Assembly (NCBI RefSeq): GCF_008831285.2
Contig: NC_045138.2
Span: 15,624,001-15,688,000 of the forward strand
Source of the DNA: Nymphaea colorata
Lineage: Eukaryota
Reading direction: 5' to 3'
Length of the DNA: 64,000 nt
Positions within the stretch are counted from its first letter, which is position 1, and the number at the start of each line of letters is the position of its first letter. The position numbers were made by a program, and so were the translations under genes. Below are positions 25,834 to 38,411 of the stretch, piece by piece. The notes beneath the pieces were generated by a model. The model was not told the origin of the DNA. It saw nothing but the letters and a program-made list of their open reading frames with translations, and did no database searches.

Positions 25834-27603
25834 AACTATTAATAGGGTTCGCATGCAGTTTTTTCTTCAAACTCAGCTTAAGAAGAAACTGAACTCCAGT
25901 CATTCTTATTTCGATTGGTTGCTCGTCAAACGACAGTCCGGCTTAGATGATGTTAAAACCATGTTCTGAATTTGGTTTAGTTTCAAAACCATGGCCAAGC
26001 AGCACCTGTTTTGATGTCACAGCCACGTTTCACTACAGTTGAAGATGAAGATATGATAACAAGAAGGATCTGGCTTGAGGGAGAAAGAAAATGGGAGAAC
26101 CCTTCATAGATTTTGTACAAATTTCTTTATAAGAAGGATTTCTTTCTTCCTCCCTGAACTGCTTTGCTTTTGTAGAGAGAGAGAGAGAGAGAGATGGCCA
26201 TGCAGATCATCTGCAATTACCTGGCTAGGCCATTATCAAGAGTTCAGCACCGCGGCGGAGCCTCCATGAGTTGATTCTCAGCCTGTGCATTACCTACCAA
26301 ATTTTCTTGCATGAATATGTGCTTATCACAAACACCAATGGAACAATGCGTTATTCAGTGAGAGCTGGACAGGCCTAACAATCCAGAAACATCTCACATC
26401 ATTTTTTTAGATTTATCCTCCAAAACATGCATCTCTGTGAAAATGGTAGCTTTCAAACGATCAAGTTTTCCTTCAGATTGATTCATGCCAACTTTGTCAC
26501 CTAGCATGCAAACTTTAGCTTGGGAAGAGACCAAATAATGATATTCCAAGTCACAAACTGGTGCCCATATTGTGACAGCACTCTAAACCAAATGCTCCTT
26601 TTTCCATGATAAAGCGAAGTTTATACAGATATCTACCAGTCAATGTACTCATTTGGAATATTGAACTCTCGAAAAAAAAAATTTCTAAGCTTGAAGGGTC
26701 ACGACTCCAAGTGGCTTGCCACTCAAAGGCATCATTCAATAGAAATGACATAGAAAGAATTCCAACCTTGTGATAGAATTTGTGAAGATCATGAAAGGCA
26801 TCTTGGTGATCGAAACCTTCGTTATCTTAAGAAATTTATAAGCACTTGCCCGTCTTTCGTCGCACTCGTGGAAAAACGGAAAAAGGCAATGGTCCGACAT
26901 ACTTATAATCGTAATCAGGTGCGCCATTTACCTTGTTCTCTCTTCAACCTGTCACTTCAATTTCAATTCCTTCTTCTGATCTTATGCGCGTTCAATGAAT
27001 TTGTCCCGAAAGTTCTTCGCAACAGAGCTCGCATGCAGGTTTGTTTTGTTGGGACGGCAGAAATTTAACCGCTAAGATAATGTTGAAGTATGTTTAAATA
27101 TTTTTATTTCACATGTGTTACTCTTTTTATCTGTCTCCTCATTAAATACTCAACAGTTGATTCATGAAAGAAAGAGTTAAATGAAACTGTTAGTCCCAAT
27201 GTTCATAGCAAACCACTTGGGTAAGGAATAAAAACCAGAATTCTTAAATTCATGCTAAAAAGTGTTTTAAACAAAATATGAACTTTCTAATGTATTTATA
27301 AACACTAATTTTAATATAAATCATATCTTAGTTCAAGTCATTTTTGTAAAAAAATGATTTTATATTGCTAATATTTGATGTTATAAGAGCCCTTCACTTT
27401 TTTACTATTAAAAAAAATTATTTAAGTAAGTAAACAAGTAACTTAACATATGTTTCTCATCAAATCACTCTTAAATAAAAAAAATATATAATTAATTTCA
27501 ATAGGTCCCTTTTTTTGTCTCTTACCAAGTGGTAAGATAAGGGAGTTCTTCTAATTAGTGGAGTTTAATTAATTATACGCAAGCCGACATAGCCCTAGAC
27601 TTT

Positions 27604-27714
27604 GAGAGGTCGTTTAGTAGTGGAACAATGACGTATCATTGTATGTACCTGTCGCAAAGATTGGGGCAGATACATGAAATAATATATTATTGTTTCCATT
27701 ATCAAACCCCTCTC
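27604..27714. mobile_element. Tourist-like MITE
   Basis: GAGAGGTCGTTTAGTAGTGGAACAAT is inverted against ATTGTTTCCATTATCAAACCCCTCTC. Confidence 0.6.
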
Positions 27715-27929
27715 GAGGGCAAGGAAAAGGGGGAAGTCATGATTCCTTGTCAATTACGTTAAGAGTATGACAACTGTCCTTGTGATTTCTTCCATTTTAA
27801 AAATTTAACAACCAAAGGACCAAACATTAGAAAAATTAGCATTTTTTATTAATTTAGAGTTGATCTAACAATTGAAATTGCTTATTAGCAGTGTGTCACT
27901 GCATGTACATGTAATATGAAGGTTTAGAT

Positions 27930-28366
27930 TAGGGATGTCAATGGATCGAACATACCTTAACCATATGCACTATTTCAGATATTTACATATTTATATTCAA
28001 ATACCGATTCAAACATGAACAAAGAAAAGTCATATTTGGATCCAAATCAGAAATCCGATTTCATAATCTCAATCTGATCTGAATCTGATTTTTTACATTT
28101 AGATCTGAATCCAAACCAAAGTTTTGAACTGAATTTGGTTGATTTTCAAAATGTAAGAGCATTAGATATAGAATATTACTTGAAAAAGAAATCCTATTTG
28201 AATACAATTGGATATTTATGTATATTCAAATCCGATCAAATGTCAGTTCTTAAATTTGAATCCAATCCCATTTCTCAATGGGACATTAAACGTTTTTCCA
28301 TATCTATTGTTTTCGAAACAATACGGTCGGGTATTCGATCCAAATCAGACATATTGACATCCCGTA
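27930..28366. mobile_element. hAT-type MITE
   Basis: TIRs TAGGGATGTCAAT / ATTGACATCCCGTA, ATCC(G/A)A subterminal repeats, and degenerate flanks GTTTAGAT / ATTTAAAT. Confidence 0.7.
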
Positions 28367-29316
28367 TTTAAATGGTTGTTCAAATATGAAAAATCCCACA
28401 AAATCACAAAACTTTTAAAAGGCATCCAATATATGTAAAGAGGTACTAAAGGGCACGACTCACAGCTACTTATTCATGAATCAAGAATTTTTCTATCTAC
28501 TTATCATAGTTCCAAAAAATACATTTCGTCACATTAAAGTGCTAGGAAAACTCTGTGATATTTAACAAAAAAGAGAAAAATTGGAAGTAATATGAAGGTT
28601 AGTGTGTGGAACCTCATATAGCCAAATTCGTGAATGAAAGACAGATACACGATCTGGCCTTTTCAAGTACTTAATATTAAAAATTTATCGTCATTACTAG
28701 GTTCTAAAAGTCGTGGTAGTTTTTTAAGATAATCATGATCATTTGGTTTGAACAAAAAAAAAATTATGCATTTCTGGGAATCTTACCTGTTACTTCATAT
28801 ATAATGTCATGAAGAAAGTGAATCAAGGACGATATTATGTTTTAAATATATCATCTTGACCATTATTAAATTAAGTGGGAAAAGCAAGTTACAAGTTCAT
28901 TCATTAGATTTGCCAAGATTTATGTCGCCCAGTACTGCTTTTTTTTTTTAAAAAAAAAGGGAAATCTGAGGCCCATATTCATAGCCAGCTAAAGTTAGCC
29001 ATTGGTAACATATTTAAAAAGAAAAAAAAAAATCTAAAGAATGCACTATTCTATGAAACCCTGGACATGACAATCATGCATTTTGTTTTTACTAAGGACA
29101 TGACAAATTGTGGTACATGAGTGAATACCCTTAGGACATAATGACAAAAAATATCAATTTTAATACTGTTTGACAACTTCGAATATCACATGCGACATCA
29201 ATATGGAATCGGACTTTGTTAGACCTCAACTATCCTCATCAGTGATCTCAGATCACCTTGGATATCATATCTAAGGTAATCAAACAAAAAATCCATATAT
29301 ATATATATATATATAT

Positions 29317-29441
29317 GCCATGAGGTTTGCCTAGAAGCAGCCACCCTTGAAAGAGTGCGTAATAGCTCACTGATCGAGCGCTCTTGCACCGAAGATGAAT
29401 GGGGCTAAGCGATCTGCCGAAGCTGTGGGATGTCAAAATGC
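29317..29441 (+). pseudogene. rrn23: Plastid 23S rRNA fragment (NUPT)
   Basis: GAGGTTTGCCTAGAAGCAGCCACCCTTGAAAGAGTGCGTAATAGCTCACTGATCGAGCGCTCTTGC...GCCGAAGCTGTGGGATG is the chloroplast 23S GTPase-associated region as recalled. Only about 125 bp is present. Confidence 0.9.
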
Positions 29442-29794
29442 TCCTCACAACAAAAAATGAATAAATGGTTAATGACATAATCAAATAAACCAATGAATTC
29501 TTATATAAAAATAACGTTATTATTAATGTTACATATTTATATTATATATTAATTAGTTACATTACTTATTATTTCATATTCCGTCATAAGATCCATACAA
29601 CTAAACTAAAAACTCCGAACCCAATTTGAGTTAAGAAGTGATGATATTTGATATTACTGAATCATCAGAACTACTTCAATATCTCGCTTTTATTCATTAT
29701 CCAAGTCTTCGAATCCATATTAGTTCTTCTATTTTATTTCTTTGTTCGGAACCCATTATTTCAATTCCTCCCTCCTTTTATATATATACATATA

Positions 29795-30170
<376 letters not shown>

Positions 30171-30712
30171 ATGGTTAGAAAAAAAAACAAGTGAACTGGC
30201 AAGATGTGGAGTAGACATAGACTTCTTCACCAAAGATTTGTTCAACCCTTTGTGGAAGCAGCTTAGATAAAAGTCAAAAGAGTGCCTTTCGTCTGCTCCT
30301 TTCATGTAATTTCAGAGATTGAGATCACTAGGGCTGAGCGTCGGGCCGCCGTCGAGCCGGCCCGGTTGGGCCCGGGCCTGGGCTGGGGAAAACCTGGCCC
30401 GGGCTGGGCCCGGGCCCGGCCCGACTCCCGGGCTCCCCCTCCTCTCCCTTCCCTTCCCGTCGCCCTCTCCGCTCTCCCTCCTCCTCTCCCCCTCCTTCCT
30501 TTCCCCCTCTCGGCCAATCCCTCTTTCTCCTCCCCCTCTCCCCGCCCCCTTTCCCTACCGCTCCCCCTCTCCCTCTTTCTCCCTTTCCCTACCGCTCCCC
30601 CTCTTCCTCTTTCTCCTCCTCTCCGCTCCCCCTTTCCCTACCGCTCCCCCTCTCCGTCTTTCTCTTCCTCTCCGCTCCCCTTTTCCCTTCCTTCTCCTCT
30701 GCGCAGGCGGCT

Positions 30713-31190
30713 AGCGCTCTGAGAACGCCGTGGAAGAAGAGGCATGGTGGAGAGAAGGCGGTCGTCGGAGTGCTGGCCTTTGAGGTAAGGCTGGGCGTCA
30801 GGCCGAGCCGCCGCCGGGTTTGGGCCGGGAAAATCCCGGGCCGGGCCTGGCCCGACAGCCAGGCCCGGGTCGGCCAGGCCCGACCCGTTTAGGCCGGATA
30901 AGATTTAAAATATATATATATTTTTAATTTTTTTGTTTTAATAATATTTTTTATTCTTAATAAATTTATTTTATATTAAAAAATATTATTTTATAATTAA
31001 AAATATTTTTTAAATTTAAATGGGTAGGGCCGGGCCCGGAACGAGACCTGGGCCGGGCCCGGAACGAGACCTGGGCCGGTCCGGGCCTGGCTGGCCGGCC
31101 TGGCCCGATACCCACCCTTACTTTGAGGTGGCCAGCCTCATGTCCAAGATCGTCCATCTCTTGAACTCCTTGTCGGAGAAGCAGATCGTC
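30713..31190 (+). pseudogene. Captured fragment of a DUF3475/DUF668 (PSK SIMULATOR-like) gene, interrupted by the nested MITE
   Basis: Removing 30786-31128 restores SALRTPWKKRHGGEKAVVGVLAFEVASLMSKIVHLLNSLSEKQIV, which matches the recalled DUF3475 N-terminal motif (I/V)GVLAFEVASLMSK..HL..SLSDKQI. Confidence 0.8.
30786..31120. mobile_element. Nested hAT-type MITE
   Basis: TIRs TAAGGCTGGGCGTC / GATACCCACCCTTA. Perfect 8-bp TSD CTTTGAGG at 30778-30785 and 31121-31128. Confidence 0.9.
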
Positions 31191-33105
31191 GCCACCTCGA
31201 GCGCCCACACAGATGCCGTCGTCATCACCAAACAGGCCGGGCTGGGCCTGATTTTTGGTGGTCCGGCCCGGCCCGGCCCTGCAATATTATCGGGCTGGGC
31301 CTGGGCCTGGGCTTCAGGTCCAACGGGCCGACCCGGGCTGGGTCTTAGCGGGCCGACCCGGGCAGATGCCCACCTCTAATCACTTACCAAGAAATAAATG
31401 AATGGATGGATGGAAAATACATCAAGCACCAATTACTTTATAGTACAAATAAATTAATTCCCCAGTGGCATTTCATACTGACAATGGTAATGTCATGTGA
31501 GAGTAAGTTATAATAAAACATGAAGGAATGAGAGAATATAATGGGACAACGACAGAGCATACGAATATATATATATATATATATATATTGTCAGTTATAT
31601 ATACATATATGTGTACAACAGTTGATATGGACGGTCTGTTTCGCTTGTGGAGACGTGAATGTTTCTTCTTCTTAAGACAGATGATAATTAATTGTCGTCG
31701 TCCTTCTTATTCTTATGTCTGGTGTTTGGTGCGCTTCATTCTTGATAGAGAACACACTGTTCCATCTTGATTGGGCCAAATATACGAAAGGTAAACAATG
31801 TGAACATAGAGGTGATGGAAATGAATTGTTAAAGTATCTTTCTTTTCATTTTCAGCGTAGCATCACGATAATGTGCTTGTGGGTCTTATCCAATGATTTG
31901 ATCTCATAAACTTTGAATTTATATGTCGGATTTCATTGGACTTGAGTCCAATTATATCGGGTAGCTTCACGAGAGACTCGGGTCGCTGCTCAAGGCCAAT
32001 TAAATATTTGTTAATTATATATTTAGTGCCCCATAAAAAAGAAATATACTGGAGTTGAATCCCAAGTTATCAAGCTCGAGTCAACTCGTTAATTCGAGCT
32101 TGGCTTGTCAAGTTTGAGCCTCAAACCTCGCCAAGTAATTGAAAAAAAAATTGCTGGCAGTATTCAAAGCAAACTATTTACTTCGAAAGGCAAGTTCAGC
32201 ATTTAACATTTAAATAAAAAAAAGTGATCGTTATCACAAAAATCTACAGCTATCTAATTTCCACATTCATGAGAAATCAAACATTCATGGGTGGAATTCC
32301 GGCTATCTGAATCCTGATCTTTTCTAAATAAGTGGGCCCATATTCGTCAGACTTAATTGAGTCAAATACACAAATCTGGATTTTGGAAGAGTCACAAACT
32401 TAAAAGGGGCATTTGCTAAAAAAAAATACAGGATTTCATGAATCATGAATGGGTTTTGATCTTTGAGATAGATTTGTGTTCTCGGTGTTATCCACTTCTC
32501 TGTGTTTAACATGCTACCTTTTGGAATAACTTTCCAAGACTTTTTTTTTTATCAAAGGTGTGAGGCTCAAACCTCTGATGAACATCCAGAAAAACTGTAC
32601 TTCATATCGGCGTTAATGTCCAGCCATACCAAACACTCCATGAGGGATGACACATTCATACACATTTTGTACTCTCTCTTTCTCTTATTTATTAATGGGC
32701 ATATAACATAGCTGGTCAGGCAAAAACGGGCATGTTTCTTGTTCAATTTCCGTAGCCGTGGCTCTCCTGTTGGGATTGAGGGATTGAGAGTCAAGAGAGT
32801 GCGAATTAAATTCAAGATAAAGGTTGTGTCCGTTGTCGGGCCTGGTTTATATACTAGTGCCCAAAAAAAAATTATGCATCAGCATACTTAATGACTAAAA
32901 TGCCCTTGGTTAATATGCACTTGGACTTGGTTAGTAGAGAAAAGAGAACTTGTGGTAAGGATAAAAAAGTAAACAAAAAAGTTAAGAGACTAAAAAAATA
33001 TTTATTTTTAAATAATTCCATAAACATCCCAACATCTCCTTTGACATGTATATCTTGCATGCCAGAAGGGTGCACACAACTCACTCTAGTTGGTCGTGCC
33101 CTCTG

Positions 33106-33143
<38 letters not shown>

Positions 33144-33491
33144 TGCACCTAAACTTTTACATTCTACCACGGAACTTAATTTCCCGGAAAATCTCATTCT
33201 CATTGATGATTTCCCTAAAATTTTTCAGTACCCAGTCGCGTATTTGCAGCATGTTAAAAGGTACTCAAAACACATAGAACACAAAATTTGTAGACCTTCA
33301 CTAGATATAAAACGTATCGAATAATATTCATATTAGTGGCACCACGAATCATGAGCATGTATACTAACTGTCCTTCCTGCTCATGACAATACAGAAAGCA
33401 AATATAATCACTCCATACATTAAACATTAAAGCAAGTCCTATATACTGAGGCATATATACTCATATATTTCTGCCATAATCATCAATGTAT

Positions 33492-34457
33492 CTAAGGGAT
33501 ACCAATGGGGATTATAGGATAGGTGTAGTAGCTAGTGGGAGGCAAGCCCCACTCCGGTGGCAAAGGCAAGTCAATTGTCTTTGAGTCACCAAGCTCAGCA
33601 CCTTGCCCACCAGCTGGTTTGAGCCCTTGGCTAGGTTTGGCAGGGCATGAAAACGGCGAGAAGTTCAGCGGCGAGGTCAGGCGGCCGTCGACGATCCTTG
33701 CTATATTGTGGTCTTCCTCAAATTTGCACTGCCTGTTGGATCCACTGACCAGCATTGCGTAGCAAGGAGCCATGTCCTGAAGTAGGCTCGATGACAAGTT
33801 AACCTTGAACACTCCGGTGTTGTCCGTTAGCGTCCCGATCGCTTGCTTGGCTCGGCCGCATTTTATCACCACCCTTAAGCCTGTGGGTTAGGTCAGCAAC
33901 AATATCAGTGTGGTGGTACTCATGGTTTGCCAGTACTCGAACTTGACTCGGGCTCGATCCCTTTAAGCTTTGTCTGGAGCTTCAGTCACATATGGGCTTG
34001 GCTCTGGCAGATTCATCGAGTTTTGTTTTAATATTTTGAGTTCAATTACATGATGAACTAAACTTGAGTCAAGCCTTAATCAAGTCAAGCTTGAGCTCAA
34101 CACATAACTACTGAGTCGAGCTTGAGCTGTTTCTATGGAGCTATTCTCAAGCTCATGGTTTCGAGCTGAGTTTGAGCTGACTGAACTCGACTCGACTCAG
34201 CTGGTGTTCACCCCTAAACCCAATCATATTAGTCTCAAGAACGACAGCTCTCAACCTAAAACAATACTCGTCAAATGCCATGAGAATATCACAATGACGT
34301 AGAGAGAGAAGAGAGAGAGACCTGCAAGTTGGCGGCGGCTTGTGCAGTCAGGGCAGGAAATGGAGCCGGTGACGGCGACGCTGCTGCCCTCATAACTGGA
34401 AGCAGACTGCAGCAACAACACCAGCAATATTGCCACACCCACCACATCATACGCCAT
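33492..34457 (-). CDS. Pollen Ole e 1 allergen/extensin family secreted protein, 2 exons, 174 aa
   Basis: Exons 34457-34322 and 33880-33492. Hydrophobic signal peptide, VTGSISCPDC, LAG|LRVVIKC, TDNTGVFKVNL, CYAML, and C-terminal SKTIDLPLPPEWGLPPTSYY..PIIPIGIP. Confidence 0.88.
33930..34216. mobile_element. hAT-like MITE remnant in the Ole e 1 intron
   Basis: Arrays of CTCGA/GAGCT motifs ending in GTTCACCCCTA (reverse complement TAGGGGTGAAC). Left boundary approximate. Confidence 0.6.
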
Positions 34458-36288
34458 TTCTCTCTCTCTCTCTCCTTCCTATGCTGATGCAAGTTCCGAA
34501 GTTCTTAACTCCACGCTTATCTATATAGGGGACAGACGCCCCAACTGGGAAATTAAGAGAGAGGGAGAAAGATCATGTGGCTTGGTGAATTCTCTTCTTC
34601 AACTGTGATAAGATGCCAATCTGTCTCTCACAGCAGACGTCTTCTGCACCAGAAGGGGTAGTAGGTGTGCCATTAAAGTCCCCTCACTTGTGCTGTTATA
34701 GTAGAGCCAAATGCTTCCTCTGCACCGACTCACTGCTCCCCTTCAATGAGAGCTTTCATGGCCGCACCAATACTACTTTCCCATTTTGGTGAATCACTGC
34801 ACTGAATTTCGTTAAAGCATGGCGGTTAGCTTACCCTTGCACCGCCGCCTACCCATCGTTACCACTTACCACCATAAATTACCCTCTTTCTCTTTCTCTC
34901 TCTCGTTAACAGTTTTAACTTTTAATTTATCAAGTAATATTGCCAAGTAAAAGCAGTTATTTGTCTAAATTACTTACAGTTTGCGATCTCCAGGACTGCT
35001 GGTTCAGTGCATGGCGTGATTTTTACAGCATTGCTGTGATCAACTTGTGTTTTAGAGGTGGACAGGAAGTACATTTTGATGGGGGGCTTTTTCTTTTCTA
35101 TGGTGGGGGGAATTGGTTTTAAATGCAAGTCCCCCTCGTAGTTTGGTTCTTGAATAATTTCTCTCCAAGAACAAGGGAAAACGTAGTGAACGAACAGATC
35201 CAATAATAAATTCCTATTGTTTTGTTCTTTTTTAATAAATGGAGAGTAGATATTTTCTCATTTAAACCTCTATAGCAATGTTTAATTAAAAGGGGTAATA
35301 TCAAAAAGAGGCCGAAGTCTCTCCATCTTTCTCCATATTTTCGGAGTTTAAAATTGTTTTAGGACTTAGTTGGAGAGTGGTACACCCATCAATTACAGTG
35401 TTGCACATCTACTATTTACAGTTTGAAGAAATAGCGCCTACAAGAATGAAATTGATGACCGGATTTTCACCAGTTTAATTGAAAAAGTACTACCTACCAC
35501 CTTTAGACTAGTTTTCTCACGAAATCAAAAGTAAGAAACTTTTTAAAAAATATAATAATTAAAAATTCGATCATTAGGACAGTATCTAATTTTTCACTAA
35601 GGGGACAATATGTTATCAGCTAAAGGCTAAGGTTAACATCAGCTTAACTTGAGTTGATCAGATAAAGCAACAAAAATGCCCTCCACAAAAACAAACTTTA
35701 AGTTGATTAATTTTCATTAGCATGTTTAACTGTAAGTTAATGTATATTTAACTCTTTTTAAACTAGTAAGTCTTTCTACAATATCAAATTAATTAGATGG
35801 ATGTTCTTTAAGTAATTTTAGAGAGTTGGCCAAGAGAAATCTAGGCATTTTAAAGTTATGGAGCTATGTTTGTTTCAAGAGTACATTATATGAATATTAA
35901 GCTCATATTTTATTAAAAGAAACATACATATATTCTTCATGATACACTCTTCAAAAAAGAAGAAACTCCATTCATGTCCGCTTTTCCCTGGGTAAAGTTC
36001 ACAGGTGGGATGTAGGTATGGACAATCTAAAATTAAATGCCTTTCATGGTCTCCTACAAAGGTTGTTAAAGTATATATTTGACAGCCTTGAATCTCAGAT
36101 GTGAAGCAGATCCCAGATCTACACACAAGAACCCACTGACTGTGAGAGTAGAATCATAATCCAAAAACATATCCAGAAAAAAGAAGATCTGGATCATTCA
36201 TATCTATGTCTATAATGATCTTGGATCAGGTATGAATAGTTAAATGGATCTGAATTAGAAATTGTGGTTTCAAGTAAGCGGAGTGACC

Positions 36289-36490
36289 ACTCACTCTAGC
36301 GAACGAGGGTTTAAGAGCTGCTTCGAAACTTGGGTGGTGCGACAAACACCCTTCAATGTCTGGTTTTGCTCAAAAAACAAGTGTAAGAGAACTCACTCTA
36401 GGGAACGAGGGTTTAAGAGCTGCTTAGAAACTTGGGTGGTGCGACAAACACCCTTCAATGTCTGGTTTTGCTGAAAACAAGTGTAAGAGA
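36289..36490. repeat. 102-bp near-perfect tandem duplication
   Basis: ACTCACTCTAG.GAACGAGGGTTTAAGAGCTGCTT...CAAGTGTAAGAGA at 36289 and 36391. Confidence 0.93.
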
Positions 36491-37599
36491 AAGTATAGAG
36501 ATTCAAACGGATCGGTTTTCTATAAGTTTAACGGAGCTGCTTCTTCGGTCAAAGTCGTCGTGGGACACCTCAAAAACGAGTTCGGGTTCGAGCTCTTTAA
36601 ATCCGTCGCGGTGACCTTCTGGCTTTGCCCTCGGAGAGAATATGAGTAGATGAACGGTGAATGACCCCTTCAGCTTGGTAGATGGACGGCGGTTGATCAT
36701 CCGTGTCTTTCCCACCCTGGTTATTGCCGTAAATTAATGTTTCGTTCTTTATAAAATGGAAGTTTCAATGGGGTACAGAGAGTGCCGTCGGCGCACTAGG
36801 GTTTTTTCTCGCCGAAGAACGATGGTTTTCCACTTCCTTCGATCTTCTCCTTTCGCTTTTAGGCGAATTGCCTTCCGTTTCCGGTGATACCAACTTCGCT
36901 CTTCGTTCTCATTCTTCATGAAATTTTATTGCTTTTATCAGTTTCATTTGTATTATTCGATACCCATCACCCTCTTCTGCTTCGTGTCTAGTTTATTGGT
37001 TTCTTCGGGGTGTCCCCTAAACATTTGTGCGCCATACGTTGAATCTCTTGGCTTTCATGTATGAGTTTGTTCAATGAGAGGGAAGCACAACCCTTGAGAT
37101 CGCCTTCCTTGTGACAGTGGAAGCGTTTCGAGTCATTGTTGTGCAACATTACCTTGGGGGCTTCTTGAAGTTTCTTCATGTTAGTCCTTCCACCATTCTG
37201 GTTTATACTTTCGCAGTAGCTCCTTTGTTGGTTTATGTTGTTTATCAGGAGGCCATGATCAATAGCGCGTGTTATGTGCTATTAGTCATACGGTTTTCTG
37301 TACAGCATTTTTCCATTGCGCCGGTTGGCTATTGTGGGCCAGAAGGTTTGGCACATTGATGCTTTGAAAATCAACCTAATTTTAGTTTAGTTTTAGATGG
37401 TGGCAGTGTCTTTTAAGTTTTCCTTGTTCTTGTGGGTTCTCCATAATACGGTACTTAGTCATAAACTATGATTTCTGGGCAGCTTGATCTAAAGTGCCCT
37501 TATTATTCGGTGTATAGTTTGCAATCTCGTTTTCAGTATAGTCCTTATTCATCATCTTCTTAAGTTATAATGAGCTCTTGTTTTTGTGGTTTTGGTAGG

Positions 37600-37812
37600 G
37601 TAAATGATCTCTTACGGACGTATCTGACTCTTTGCTTTCCCTTGTTTGCATGAGTGATTCATTACGTTCTTTGTTAGTTTTCCCAAATTGGCGTGGCGAT
37701 GAAACTGGACAATTTTCTCGTAAATGATCTCTTACGGACGTATCTGCTTTCCCTTGTTTGCATGAGTGGTTCATTACGTTCTTTGTTAGTTTTCCCAAAT
37801 TGGCATGGCGAT
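37600..37812. repeat. Tandem duplication (period about 120 bp) containing C/D-box-like motifs
   Basis: GTAAATGATCTCTTACGGACGTATCTG...TTTTCCCAAATTGGC.TGGCGAT at 37600 and 37720. Confidence 0.85.
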
Positions 37813-38126
37813 TGAACTAATAAACTCTGAGGTGGAGTTTTTGATTTGCACTAACTTCCCGTATTAGCCAACTGAGTGCATCCTCATCATCTTGGATTCA
37901 GTCAATTGAACACAGAAAGCAGTCTTATCTGTAATCTTCCAAAACTTGTGCTTCGAGTTAGTTGTCCCTTATCTTTGTTTTTTGTTTCAAGAATTTAGTC
38001 TCTGCCGAAACTCAAGCCGTTTGTTTTATGGTTGTTTGTGCCCTTATCTGAGTGGAGTATGCTTGTTTGTTTTACAGAGAATTTCCAAAATTCAAATTTT
38101 GGTCACCTTTGTTCTTTATAGTTTGT

Positions 38127-38211
38127 GCAAGGATGATGAATCTATTAGATGTGTGAAGGGAGTCTTTCCATTATGAACGGACTCATGAGGCATTTCAAGG
38201 TTCTGACTTGC
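38127..38211 (+). ncRNA. Box C/D snoRNA, copy 1
   Basis: Box C ATGATGA at 38133, box D CTGA at 38203, terminal stem GCAAG/CTTGC. ATTAGATG and GAGGCATTT are antisense to the 25S rRNA segment AAATGCCTCGTCATCTAAT. Confidence 0.72.
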
Positions 38212-38326
38212 TATATATGCTACCACTTTCACTTGAATTATGATTTTGTTGAGTTGCAAATATGAACTTTTCATCTGTTTCCGTTGAACTTCGAAATCTT
38301 AATTGCTCGACTGTGTATGAGTCATC

Positions 38327-38411
38327 CTAGTATGATGAACCAATTAGATGTGTGAAATGGCTTCTACCATCATGAACTGAACTACTGAGGCATTTCAAGG
38401 TTCTGACTTGA
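38327..38411 (+). ncRNA. Box C/D snoRNA, copy 2
   Basis: ATGATGA at 38332, AATTAGATG followed by a D'-like GTGA, GAGGCATTT, and CTGA at 38403. Confidence 0.72.

Larger units (their letters stand above)
30329..31378. mobile_element. Pack-type hAT-like element with a captured gene fragment and a nested MITE
   Basis: Left end TAGGGCTGAGCGTC versus reverse complement of right end TAGAGGTGGGCATC (10/14). GGCCCG/CGGGCC subterminal arrays; flanked by ATCAC on both sides. Confidence 0.8.

Noticed and set aside
26730..27060. Minus-strand segment with apparent splice sites
   Set aside because: In-frame stop codons and no identifiable homology.
30282..30722. Pro/Leu/Ser-rich ORFs of 131-146 aa
   Set aside because: Artefacts of MITE subterminal repeats and the pyrimidine tract.
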